A program made the translations under genes and the position numbers. From assembly GCA_963822965.1 (NCBI GenBank), contig CAWGJT010000015.1:32001-96000 (forward strand): 64,000 nucleotides of DNA, written 5' to 3'. Below the pieces are notes generated by a model, which was not told the DNA's origin, ran no database searches, and saw only the letters and a list, made by a program, of their open reading frames with translations. This DNA is from an uncultured delta proteobacterium (GTDB taxonomy: Bacteria; Myxococcota_A; UBA9160; UBA4427). This document shows positions 38,474 to 47,560 of the stretch, piece by piece (within the stretch, counting starts at the first letter, position 1; every line of letters starts with the position of its first letter).

Positions 38474-40224
38474 CCCGAAGCCTCCTACGTCTGGCAGCTG
38501 CCCTGCTCGCCTCCCTCGCGGCCGTGACGGCGCCGGCGATCTGCCGCGCGGAGTTCACCGAATCCGAGGACAGCCCGTTCCTCGACCCGGACGGCTCGCA
38601 GGACGACCCGCTCGGCAACGCGGCACCGGTTCCCTGGGACGGCGCCGGCTTCGCCGCGTCGTTTCCGTCGGGCGCGAAGCTCGTCCGCGGCTCGCTCGAT
38701 GCGGGCGACGTGGACGCCTATGCGTTCTCCCTCGACGCCGGCCAGCTCGTTCTGGCGGCCCTCTTCGAGGACGCCGCCGGCGAGCGGAACGACACGAGCC
38801 TGGGACTCTTCACGGGCGGCGTCGTGCCGCCCCTCGCCAGCGACGACGACGGCGGCAGCGGGTTCCTGTCGCGCTTCGCCTTCCAGACGGGGAGCGCGGG
38901 CGTGTACCAGATCGGCGTGACGGGCTTCGGCGACGACGCCTGGAACGGAAGCCACGCCGAGGCGCGGAGCGGGCTGGTGCCGTACCGGCTCGTGGTGGCC
39001 GCCACCAGCGACCCGCCGCCGCTCGCCGAGACCGAGGGCAACGACTCGCTCTACAGCGCGAACGCCCTGCCCCCGGGCGGCGGGGTCCTGGGCGCGGTGC
39101 TGGCGGCCGGGGACGTCGACTACTTCAAGCTGGCGCTCGAGGCAGGCGACCGCCTGGCGGTCTCGGTCTTCGACCTCGCGAACGGCAGCTTCCAGTCGGC
39201 CGGCGGCGAGCGCAACGATGCCATCGTCGGGGTCTTCGATCCGGGGGGAGCCCTCGCCACGGGCGGAACGAACGACGACGGCGGCCCCGGGCTGATGAGC
39301 AACCTCCTCTTCACCGCGACCGCCGACGGCACCTGGACGATCGCCGTGAGCGGCTTCGGAGACGAGACCTTCGTGGGCGACCACGCCGAAGCCGGCTTCC
39401 CCTACCTGCTCGTGGTGGCGCGGGAGCGCGCCTGCCCCCACGTGGCGTCGCTCATCTCCGGCGTGGTCGCCTCCACGGCGAACGCCTACGAGACGGCGGA
39501 GCTGCGGGAAGGCGACCACTACTACACGGACCGCACGGACGCCGGGCGGCACGTGCTCGTGGACGTTCCGCCGCCCTACCGCTGCTCCCAGTGGATCAAG
39601 ACCGCCAACAACGACAAGAACGTGACCGACCCGAGCCATCTCTCGTTCTCGCTCACCGAGGACGCGTCGGTATTCATCGGCTACGACACCCGAGCCACCG
39701 GCGAGCCCGTCTGGCTCTCTTCCACCTTCACGCCCACCGGACGCGTCCTCGACATCACCGACCCGGACCCGAGCCAGGAGTTCGACGTGCTGCGCCGGGA
39801 CTTCGCGGCAGGCACGGTGGTGCTCGGCGGCAACGACGCCCCGGGTGCGGGATCGAACTACGTGGTCTTCGCGCGGCCCCTGCCCGTGGGCGATCCGAGC
39901 CAGGCCTTCACCGTCCCCGGGACCGCGGGGGGCGTGACGCTCATCGTGTCCGGCGTGCAGATCCAGGTGGCGCGGTCCCTCGGCGAGACCCCCGAGCAGC
40001 TTGCCCAGGCCCTGGCGGACGCCGTGAACGCCGACCCCACCCTGGCGGCCGCCCGCATCTACGGCCTGGCGTCGGGCGCCACCTTCGTCACGACGGGCAT
40101 CATCGAGAGCAGCACCATCGCCGCCCCGCTGCCGCTGCTGCCCGTCGGCGGGGTCGTGTTGCTCGTGCTGCTGCTGGCGGCCGTCGGCTACCGCGTCTCG
40201 GGAGGAGCCGTCGCGCGCGGCTGA
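38470..40224 (+). CDS. Secreted protein with two PPC-like domains and a C-terminal sorting-type TM tail
   Basis: ATGA overlap, signal peptide, two GDVD.Y...L.AG / (S,N)DD.G.G..S repeats; tail APLPLLPVGGVVLLVLLLAAVGYR. Confidence 0.78.
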   Translation: MTRSLLRLAAALLASLAAVTAPAICRAEFTESEDSPFLDPDGSQDDPLGNAAPVPWDGAGFAASFPSGAKLVRGSLDAGDVDAYAFSLDAGQLVLAALFEDAAGERNDTSLGLFTGGVVPPLASDDDGGSGFLSRFAFQTGSAGVYQIGVTGFGDDAWNGSHAEARSGLVPYRLVVAATSDPPPLAETEGNDSLYSANALPPGGGVLGAVLAAGDVDYFKLALEAGDRLAVSVFDLANGSFQSAGGERNDAIVGVFDPGGALATGGTNDDGGPGLMSNLLFTATADGTWTIAVSGFGDETFVGDHAEAGFPYLLVVARERACPHVASLISGVVASTANAYETAELREGDHYYTDRTDAGRHVLVDVPPPYRCSQWIKTANNDKNVTDPSHLSFSLTEDASVFIGYDTRATGEPVWLSSTFTPTGRVLDITDPDPSQEFDVLRRDFAAGTVVLGGNDAPGAGSNYVVFARPLPVGDPSQAFTVPGTAGGVTLIVSGVQIQVARSLGETPEQLAQALADAVNADPTLAAARIYGLASGATFVTTGIIESSTIAAPLPLLPVGGVVLLVLLLAAVGYRVSGGAVARG

Positions 40225-41436
40225 GCGTCGACGTCCGGCACGGTTTCGCCCGAGGCTTCCGGCCTCTCTTCACGAGAGGCTTCCGGCACCCCTTCGCGCG
40301 AGGCTTCCGGCACGGTTTCACGAGAGGCTTCCGGCACGGTTTCACGAGAGGCTTCCGGCACCTTCCACCGCTCGCCCACGGCCATCACGCGCACGCGGGT
40401 CGGGGTCTCCGCCGCGGCGGGCCACCACTTCGGCCAGCTCCCGCGGCGGCAGGTCGAGGGGCTCGTCGGTCAGGTCGAAGGTGCCCCAGTGCATGGGCAC
40501 CAGGGTGCGCGCGCCGAGATCGAGGAAGGCCTGGTAGGCCTGCGCCGGGTCCATGTGCTGGTAGGCCATGAACCAGCGGGGCTCGTAGGCGCCGATCGGC
40601 AGCATGGCGACGTCGATGGGCCCGAAGCGGCGGCCGAACTCGCGGAAGCCGTGGAAGTAGCCCGTATCGCCTGCGAAGTAGTAGCGGTAGTCGCCCGAGT
40701 CGACGAGCCACGAGCACCAGAGCGTCTTCCGAGCCCCCTGTCCCACCCGGCGGCTCCAGTGCTGCGAGGGCAGACAGGTGATCGTGAAGCGCCCGCGCCT
40801 GGCGCTCTGCCACCAGTCGAGCTCGGTCACGTCCTCGCGACCGCGCTCGCGGAACCAGTCCGCCAGGCCGAGGGGCACGTACCAGCCGACCGACGCAGGC
40901 AGCCCCTCGACGGTGCCTTCATCCAGGTGGTCGTAGTGGTTGTGGGAGATCACCGCGAAGGCATCCGCGGGGATCGAATCCAGCGGAATGCCCGGCGGCA
41001 CCACGCGCACCGGGATCAACGCCCGCTTCGTAAAGTGGGGATCGGTGAGGAAGACGTCGTCGCGGTCGTGGACGGCGAAGGTTGCATGGCCCACCCACGT
41101 GACCGTGGCCGAGTGCTCGGTGCCGGCCAGGTACGCGCCGTCGTTCTCGAGCACCGCAGGCCCGGCGTCGTGCCCCTTGTCGTAGGGGTTCGAGGAGAGC
41201 CGCCACTCGAGGAAGCTCCACACGGAGGACTCGAAGCGACCCCACGGATTGAAGAAGGTGCCATCTTCGCGATGGGGCGCGTAGAGGTCGGCGGCCTCCG
41301 CGGGCGCGTCGGCCCCCGGCTGCAGGCTCTCCCCTCGTGCCTGCGGGACCCCCTGCAGCGCCATGGAGGCGGTCGCGAGGGCGACGAGCAGCCGCCGTCG
41401 CCGACCGATGAACGCCTCCGGGAACGCGATCCTCAT
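40188..41436 (-). CDS. MBL-fold hydrolase, NAPE-PLD/RomA-like (probable frameshift near 40400; ends at 40342 as sequenced)
   Basis: TWVGHAT, ISHNHYDHLD, QHWSRR, FAGDTGY, LPIGAYEPRWFM, PMHWGTFDL. The family-like end RVMAVGERW is in a shifted frame. Confidence 0.88.
40234..40362 (-). repeat. 24-bp tandem repeat TCCGGCACGGTTTCACGAGAGGCT, about 5.4 copies (VPEASRET on the minus strand)
   Basis: Copies start at 40234, 40258, 40282, 40306 and 40330, plus a partial one. Confidence 0.92.
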
Positions 41437-41714
41437 GCGCGCAGGGTAGAGGGCACGACCGGAACGACAACACGAGAGCCCGACTGGGGCCTTCCCCTAC
41501 CGGTCCGACTCGGACCCGCCTGCCGGGGGGAACCCGGTCGCCCCTCGCCCGCCGCCTCCCGGTCGAGCTCGGGAACCCGAGGGTCGCGAGCGCAGTCGGG
41601 CTAGGAGCGCGACCCAAGACGAAGTCCTGGGTCGCGCTTCCGCCGCAAACGAATCCTGCGGATTCGTCAGCTAGCATGCCGGCCGGCCATCGACGGACGC
41701 AGAAGGAGCCCCCC

Positions 41715-42785
41715 ATGTCCGATTCGCGCACGACACCCGCGAGCATGCGCGCCTGGCGCGTCCACGCGTACGCGGACCAGCCCACCGCGGCGCTCCAGCT
41801 CGACACGGTCGACGTGCCGAGTCCGGGCCCGAGCGAGCTGCTGGTCCGCGTGCAGGCGATCCCCCTGAACCTGAACGACCTCGAGCGCATCAACGGCCGC
41901 AACATGATGGTCCGCCCCGAGCTGCCCTACGCCCCGGGCATGGAGGTGATGGGGGTGGTCGCGGAGACGGGCGACGGTGTCGAGTCCTGGCAGGGAAGGC
42001 GCGTGGTGGCGATGGCCCGTCAGGCCCACGGCGGCTTCGCGGAGTACGCCCTCTGCCCGGTCGTATCGGCCTTCGAGATGCCGGAATCGGTCCCGCTGCC
42101 CGGAGCCGCCGCGCTCTACTTCCCCTTCCACCTGGCGTGGCTCGGGCTCTTCGAGCGGGCCCGGCTTCGCGAAGGTGAGTCGGTGCTCGTCCACGCCGCC
42201 GCCGGGGGCGCCGGCTCCGCGGCGGTGCAGCTGGCGGTGCACGCCGGTGCGCGGGTGCTCGCGACGGTGGGCTCCGACGCCAAGGCCCAGCTCTGCAAGG
42301 ACCTGGGGGCGTCGCGCGTGATCAACTACGAGAGCGAGGACTTCCTGCCCATCGTGCTCGACGAGACCGCCGGCCGGGGTGTGGACGTGGTCTTCGACAA
42401 CGTCGGCGAGGCCGTGCTCGAGAAGTCCATCAAGGCGATCGCCTACGATGGACGCTACGTGATGAACGGCTTCGCGTCGGACAAGAGCCACGCGGACCAG
42501 AAGCTCATCGTGCCGCGCAGCCTGGCCACGGGAAACTTCAAGCTCTGCGGCGTGCTGCTCGCCTACGCCGACGATGCCACGGCCCCGGTCTTCAAGCGGG
42601 CCATGGGCTGGAACTTCGTCCCGAGAGCCGTCGGCCAGAAGCTCCACGAGCAGATCGTGGAGCTCGTCGTCGCGCAGAAGATCGCGCCGGTGGTCGGCCG
42701 GGAGGTCGACTTCGAGGCGCTACCCGCCGCGATGGAGGCGATGGCGAACCGCCAGACGGTGGGACGCACCGTCGTCCGGGTCTGA
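41715..42785 (+). CDS. NADPH:quinone oxidoreductase / MDR family
   Basis: PYAPGMEVMGVV, GGFAEY, VLVHAAAGGAGSAAVQLA, GRGVDVVFDNVG; SD AAGGAG. Confidence 0.9.
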   Translation: MSDSRTTPASMRAWRVHAYADQPTAALQLDTVDVPSPGPSELLVRVQAIPLNLNDLERINGRNMMVRPELPYAPGMEVMGVVAETGDGVESWQGRRVVAMARQAHGGFAEYALCPVVSAFEMPESVPLPGAAALYFPFHLAWLGLFERARLREGESVLVHAAAGGAGSAAVQLAVHAGARVLATVGSDAKAQLCKDLGASRVINYESEDFLPIVLDETAGRGVDVVFDNVGEAVLEKSIKAIAYDGRYVMNGFASDKSHADQKLIVPRSLATGNFKLCGVLLAYADDATAPVFKRAMGWNFVPRAVGQKLHEQIVELVVAQKIAPVVGREVDFEALPAAMEAMANRQTVGRTVVRV

Positions 42786-42827
42786 GCCGGGCCGGGGGCC
42801 CGGCCCGGTCTGGGCGCCCGCATCCCC

Positions 42828-43586
42828 ATGGTCTACCCGATCTCACCCGCCGAGCTCCAGGAGGACTTCCTCCGGGCGCACGTCTACCCCGACGCCCGGC
42901 GCACGTTCTACTGGACCCCCTCGTGGGACCCGGACTTCTACGTCGCCCTCGCGCGGGCCGGCTTCATCGCCATCGGCTACGACCACCCCACACACGGCCC
43001 GCTGCTGCTGCCGGAGCTGCAACGAAGCTACGCGGTGCTCGACTGGGAGAGGCTCCACGTCTCGCGCCAGCTGCGGCGGCTGATGCGCTCCGGACGGCTC
43101 GAAGAGCAGGGCGTCGAGCTGCGGGTGGCCCCTTCGTGCGAGCGCGTGATCGAACGGCTGGTGGAGTATCACGCGCCGAAGACCTGGCTGTGCCCGCCCT
43201 ACCGCGCGCTGCTGGCGAAGCTTCCGACCGGCGGCCAGACGCACTTCGCGCTCCACGCCGTCGAGCTCTGGTCCCGGCGCCACGACCGGCTCGTCGCGGG
43301 CGAGCTCGGCTACACGACCGGAAGCGTGTACACGAGCCTCTCGGGGTTCTGCACGCGACCCGATCGCGAGTGGCGCCACTTCGGCAGCCTGCAGCTGGTG
43401 CTGCTGGCGCAGCGGCTGCGAGACGACGGCTACGCGTTCTGGAACCTGGGGCATCCCGGCATGGCCTATAAGAAGGCGCTCGGCGCCCGGACCCTCTCGC
43501 GCCGGGCGTTCCTCGCACGCTGGCGGGTGGCGGTGGACGACGCGCCCACCCGGCTGCTGGGCGAGCCCGCCGCGGCACCGCCCTAG
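42828..43586 (+). CDS. Divergent leucyl/phenylalanyl-tRNA-protein transferase-like (GNAT fold) protein
   Basis: LHVSRQLRR, HAVELW...LVAGELGY..GSVYTSLSGF resemble Aat motifs. Confidence 0.55.
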   Translation: MVYPISPAELQEDFLRAHVYPDARRTFYWTPSWDPDFYVALARAGFIAIGYDHPTHGPLLLPELQRSYAVLDWERLHVSRQLRRLMRSGRLEEQGVELRVAPSCERVIERLVEYHAPKTWLCPPYRALLAKLPTGGQTHFALHAVELWSRRHDRLVAGELGYTTGSVYTSLSGFCTRPDREWRHFGSLQLVLLAQRLRDDGYAFWNLGHPGMAYKKALGARTLSRRAFLARWRVAVDDAPTRLLGEPAAAPP

Positions 43587-43616
43587 ACGTGCGTCCCGCT
43601 CAGACGTGCGTCCCGC
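43585..43616 (+). repeat. Direct repeat AGACGTGCGTCCCGC x2 (period 17)
   Basis: Copies at 43585 and 43602. Confidence 0.75.
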
Positions 43617-43667
43617 CCACCCGGTCGCCCGGCGGCGCGCCCCAGGCGTCCGGATCCGCCGTCCGAC

Positions 43668-43696
43668 TTGCAATTAATCGGCTGTTTGATTAATTT
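43668..43696 (+). promoter_or_regulatory. Promoter and TetR operator (leaderless type)
   Basis: TTGCAA-N17-TAATTT with ATG 7 nt later; inverted repeat AATTAATC-N8-GATTAATT at 43672-43695. Confidence 0.8.
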
Positions 43697-43703
43697 TTGC
43701 GCC

Positions 43704-44366
43704 ATGCCGCCTCGACGCCCCCGACGATCTGCCCGCCAGCCCGGCCGGCCCCCCTCCGAAGCACGTCCCGAGACCCGGGAGGCGCTGCTCGAAGCCGCCA
43801 ATCGGCTCTTCGCCCGCCACGGCGCCGGCGAGGTCTCCCTGCGGCGTCTTGCGGCCGAGGCCGGAGTCACCCCCGCCATGGTCCACTACTACTTCGGCGG
43901 CAAGCAGGGCCTCTACGACGCCATGCTCGAGCGCGCGTTCGCGCGGGTGATCGAGGGGGCCAGCGCGCTGGCGGCGCGCGGCGAAGGCGACCGGTCGGGC
44001 GACGTGCTGCAGAACCTGCTCGAGCTGCTGACGAGCACGTTCGCCGCGGAGCCGTGGCTCCCGACCCTGGTGGTGCGCGACGTCCTGTCCGAGGGCGGGC
44101 GCTTCCGGGAGCGCTTCGTCCGGGACTACGCTTCCCGCATGGCCGAGCTGCTGCCGGGGCTGCTGCGCGCGGAGATCGAGGCCGGCCGCTTCCGCCCCGA
44201 CCTCGACCCACGGCTGGCCTTCCTCTCGTTCATGGGCATGGCGGTGTTCCCCTTCGTGGCGCGCGCCGTGGTGGAGCCCGCGCTGGGCATCGAGTACGAC
44301 GCGGACTTCCTGCGCCGCTTCGTGACGCACACCCGCCGTCTCTTCGTCGAAGGAGCGGGCGCATGA
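43704..44366 (+). CDS. TetR/AcrR family regulator
   Basis: TREALLEAANRLFARHG..EVSLRRLAAEAGVTPAMVHYYFGGKQGLY. Confidence 0.93.
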   Translation: MPPRRPRRSARQPGRPPSEARPETREALLEAANRLFARHGAGEVSLRRLAAEAGVTPAMVHYYFGGKQGLYDAMLERAFARVIEGASALAARGEGDRSGDVLQNLLELLTSTFAAEPWLPTLVVRDVLSEGGRFRERFVRDYASRMAELLPGLLRAEIEAGRFRPDLDPRLAFLSFMGMAVFPFVARAVVEPALGIEYDADFLRRFVTHTRRLFVEGAGA

Positions 44367-45427
44367 AGCGAACGCGTGCGTCGCTGGCGTGCCTCCTGTC
44401 CTTCCTGTGCCTGTGGGCCTGCTTCGACGACGGGCCGCCGCCCGCCGTGGGGACCCTCGAGCGCGATCGGATCGACCTCATCGCCGAATCCTCCGAGCCC
44501 GTGGTGGCGCGGCCGGTGCAGGAAGGCGCCTACGTGGAGGCGGGCACCCTGCTGGTGAAGCTCGATCCCACCCGGCCCGCCACCCAGGTGGCCCAGGCGA
44601 TGGGGGCACGCGCTCGGGCCGCGGGCCGCCTGGCCGAGCTGGTGCGCGGGCCGCGGCACGAGCGCATCGAAGAGGCCCGGGCGCTCCTGCACGGCGCCGA
44701 GAGCCGGCTCACCACGGCTCGCGACGATCTCACGCGCACCCAGGACCTCTTCACCCAGGGCGTCGTCTCTCCCCAGCAACGGGACCAGCAGCGCACGGCC
44801 TTCGACGAGGCGAAGGGGGCGCGCGACGCGGCCCGGGCCACCCTCGACGCCCTGCTCGACGGCACCACCGAGGAAGAGCTCGACCAGGCCGAGGCGGCGC
44901 TCGCCGAGGCGGACGGGGCGCTCGCGGACGCGCAGGTGCACCTCGGTCGCATGGAGGTGCGGGCGCCCACCGCCGGCTGGCTGGACGCCCTGCCCTACGA
45001 GCTGGGCGAGCGGCCACCGGCCGGAGGCGTGGTCGCCGTGTTGATGGCGGACGAAGCCCCCTACGCCCGGGTGTACGTGCCCGCATCGGTGCGGGTCCAC
45101 GTGACAGCGGGTACCCCGGCGCAGGTGCGGGTCGAGGGGCTCGACGAGCCCATCCCCGGTCGCGTGCGCATGGTGGCGCGCGACGCGTCCTTCACGCCCT
45201 ACTTCGCCCTCACCGAGCGCGACCGCGGGCGCCTGGTGTACGTGTCGAAGGTGGACCTGCTCGGGCCCGAAGCGCGCGGTCTGCCCACGGGCGTGCCGGT
45301 GCAGGTGGAGTTCCAGCTTCCCGGATCGGGCAGCGCGGCCGAGACCGCGTCGGGCAGCGCGGCCGAAACCGCCCCCGACCCGGCGGCCGCGGCCAGCCCG
45401 GGCGAGGCAGTCGATGCCGGCGACTGA
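44363..45427 (+). CDS. HlyD-family periplasmic adaptor
   Basis: VGTLE, VQEGAYVEAG, coiled coil, VRAP..G, FTPYFALTERDR. 24-bp duplication at 45326-45373 (SGSAAETA x2). Confidence 0.9.
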   Translation: MKRTRASLACLLSFLCLWACFDDGPPPAVGTLERDRIDLIAESSEPVVARPVQEGAYVEAGTLLVKLDPTRPATQVAQAMGARARAAGRLAELVRGPRHERIEEARALLHGAESRLTTARDDLTRTQDLFTQGVVSPQQRDQQRTAFDEAKGARDAARATLDALLDGTTEEELDQAEAALAEADGALADAQVHLGRMEVRAPTAGWLDALPYELGERPPAGGVVAVLMADEAPYARVYVPASVRVHVTAGTPAQVRVEGLDEPIPGRVRMVARDASFTPYFALTERDRGRLVYVSKVDLLGPEARGLPTGVPVQVEFQLPGSGSAAETASGSAAETAPDPAAAASPGEAVDAGD

Positions 45428-46355
45428 CACCCCCACGGCGATCGAGACCCACGGGCTCACGCGGCGCTTCGGAGAGCTCGTCGCGGTGGACCACGTGGAC
45501 CTCTCGATCCCCCGCGCCCAGATCTACGGCTTCCTGGGACCCAACGGATCGGGCAAGACCACCGCCATCCGCGTGCTGTGCGGCCTGCTCAGGCCCAGCG
45601 AAGGGAGCGTCGAGGTGCTCGGCTACGAGATTCCCCGGGAGGCCGAGCGACTGCGCCGCTCCATCGGCTACATGACCCAGCGCTTCTCGCTCTACGAGGA
45701 TCTGACGGTTCTCGAGAACCTGGACTTCATGGGCGAGATCCACTCGCTGCCCCGGGCGCGTCGGCACGAACGAACCCGCGAGCTGATCGCCGAGTATCGG
45801 CTCGAGGAGCAGGCCCGGCAGCGCGCCGGCACCCTCTCGGGCGGCCAGCGACAGCGGCTGGCCCTGGCCGCCACGACCATCCACGAGCCCGACCTGCTCT
45901 TCCTCGACGAGCCCACCAGCGCCGTCGATCCCCAGAGCCGGCGCGACTTCTGGGAGTCGCTCTTCGCCCTGGCCGACCGCGGCACCACGATCCTGGTCTC
46001 CACCCACTACATGGACGAGGCCGAGCGCTGCCACGCGCTGGCCATCCTCGACCGGGGCCGCCTCGTCGCCGAGGGCGCGCCCCGCGACCTGATGGAGGAC
46101 ATCGACGCAAGCGTGATCGAGATCGAGACCGAAGCCCTGCGCGCCGCACACAGCGTGCTGGACGACATGCCGGAGGTGATGAGCGTCGCGCAGCTGGGGA
46201 CGCGCCTGCACGCGCTGCTCGAGCCGAACCTGGACGATCCCGCCGGACGGGTGCGGAAGGCCCTGGCCCGGGCGGACGTCACCGCCTCGGTGGAGGCCAC
46301 CCCCGCCAGCCTCGAGGACGTCTTTGTCGCCACCACCCGGAGGGCCGAGCGGTGA
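45414..46355 (+). CDS. ABC transporter ATP-binding protein
   Basis: GPNGSGKT, LSGGQ, LFLDEPT, STHYMDEA. Confidence 0.95.
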   Translation: MPATDTPTAIETHGLTRRFGELVAVDHVDLSIPRAQIYGFLGPNGSGKTTAIRVLCGLLRPSEGSVEVLGYEIPREAERLRRSIGYMTQRFSLYEDLTVLENLDFMGEIHSLPRARRHERTRELIAEYRLEEQARQRAGTLSGGQRQRLALAATTIHEPDLLFLDEPTSAVDPQSRRDFWESLFALADRGTTILVSTHYMDEAERCHALAILDRGRLVAEGAPRDLMEDIDASVIEIETEALRAAHSVLDDMPEVMSVAQLGTRLHALLEPNLDDPAGRVRKALARADVTASVEATPASLEDVFVATTRRAER

Positions 46356-47449
46356 TCCGGTCGCTCGGCCGCATCCTCGCGGTGGTGCGCAAGGAGGCGC
46401 TGCAGCTCTCACGCGACCGGCTCACCTTCGGCATGGTGTTCGGCGTTCCCATCATGCAGCTGCTGCTCTTCGGCTACGCGATCAACCAGGACGTGCGCCA
46501 CCTCCGCGCCGGCGTCGCCGACCTGGCCGCCACCCAGCGATCGCGGATCTTCGCCGCCGACGCGGCGGCGAGCCAGGTGGTGGACGTCGTCGCCACGGCC
46601 CACACCGCGGCCGGGCTGGAGGATCTGCTGCGCCGAGGCGAGATCGTGGTGGGGATCCTCATCCCCTACGACTTCGAGCGCCGGGTGGCCCGGGGCGACC
46701 GACCGGTGGCGCAGCTGCTGGTGGACGGGAGCGACCCGGTGGTGCTGTCCGCGGCGCGCGGCCTGGCCGAGCTGCCGGTGCCCCGGGACCGGCCCGTCGC
46801 GAGCGACGGCTCGGCCTTCGAGGTCCGCGCCTACTACAACCCCGAGCGACGCTCGCCGGTGCAGATCGTGCCGGGCCTCGTGGGCGTCATTCTCACCATG
46901 ACGATGACCCTCTTCACCGCCGTGGCCATCGTGCGCGAGCGCGAGCGCGGGAACCTGGAGCTGCTCATCACCACGCCGATCCGCACGCCGGAGCTGATGG
47001 TGGGGAAGATCCTGCCCTACATGGTGATCGGCATGCTGCAGGTGACCCTCATCGTGGGCATGGGCGTCCTGCTCTTCGACGTGCCCGTGCGCGGTCCCTT
47101 CTACGACGTCTACGCGGCAAGCCTCATCTTCGTGACCGCCACCCTCGGGCTGGGGCTGCTCATCTCCACGCTGGCGCAGACCCAGTTCCAGGCGTTCCAG
47201 CTGACGTTCTTCACCTTCCTGCCCCAGATCCTGCTCTCGGGGTTCATGTTCCCGTTCGACGGCATGCCCCGGGCCGCCCAGTGGCTCGCCGAGGCGTTCC
47301 CGCTCACCCACTTCGTGCGCATCGTGCGGGGCATCATGCTGCGCGGCGCGACGCTCGCGGACGTGGATCGGGACCTGTGGCCCCTGGGCATCTTCTTCGC
47401 GGTGACCATGGCCCTGGCCACCCTGCGCTTCCGCAAGCGCCTCGACTAG
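46352..47449 (+). CDS. ABC-2 type transporter permease
   Basis: KEALQLSRDR, YYNPE, IVRERERGNLE, LLSGFMFPF, RFRKRLD. Confidence 0.93.
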   Translation: MIRSLGRILAVVRKEALQLSRDRLTFGMVFGVPIMQLLLFGYAINQDVRHLRAGVADLAATQRSRIFAADAAASQVVDVVATAHTAAGLEDLLRRGEIVVGILIPYDFERRVARGDRPVAQLLVDGSDPVVLSAARGLAELPVPRDRPVASDGSAFEVRAYYNPERRSPVQIVPGLVGVILTMTMTLFTAVAIVRERERGNLELLITTPIRTPELMVGKILPYMVIGMLQVTLIVGMGVLLFDVPVRGPFYDVYAASLIFVTATLGLGLLISTLAQTQFQAFQLTFFTFLPQILLSGFMFPFDGMPRAAQWLAEAFPLTHFVRIVRGIMLRGATLADVDRDLWPLGIFFAVTMALATLRFRKRLD

Positions 47450-47560
47450 GAGCCGCGATCGACCCCCAGCAGGTCCCAGACCTGCACCGAGCAGCCCACC
47501 CCGAAGACGGCAGCTACCCCGACGACGCGGCCCTCGTCGGCTGAGATCGCGGCCCGCTCG

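Noticed and set aside
42787..42808. Hairpin CCGGGCCGGG-GG-CCCGGCCCGG as a terminator
   Set aside because: No U-tract and pure GC; chance or an mRNA-stability element.
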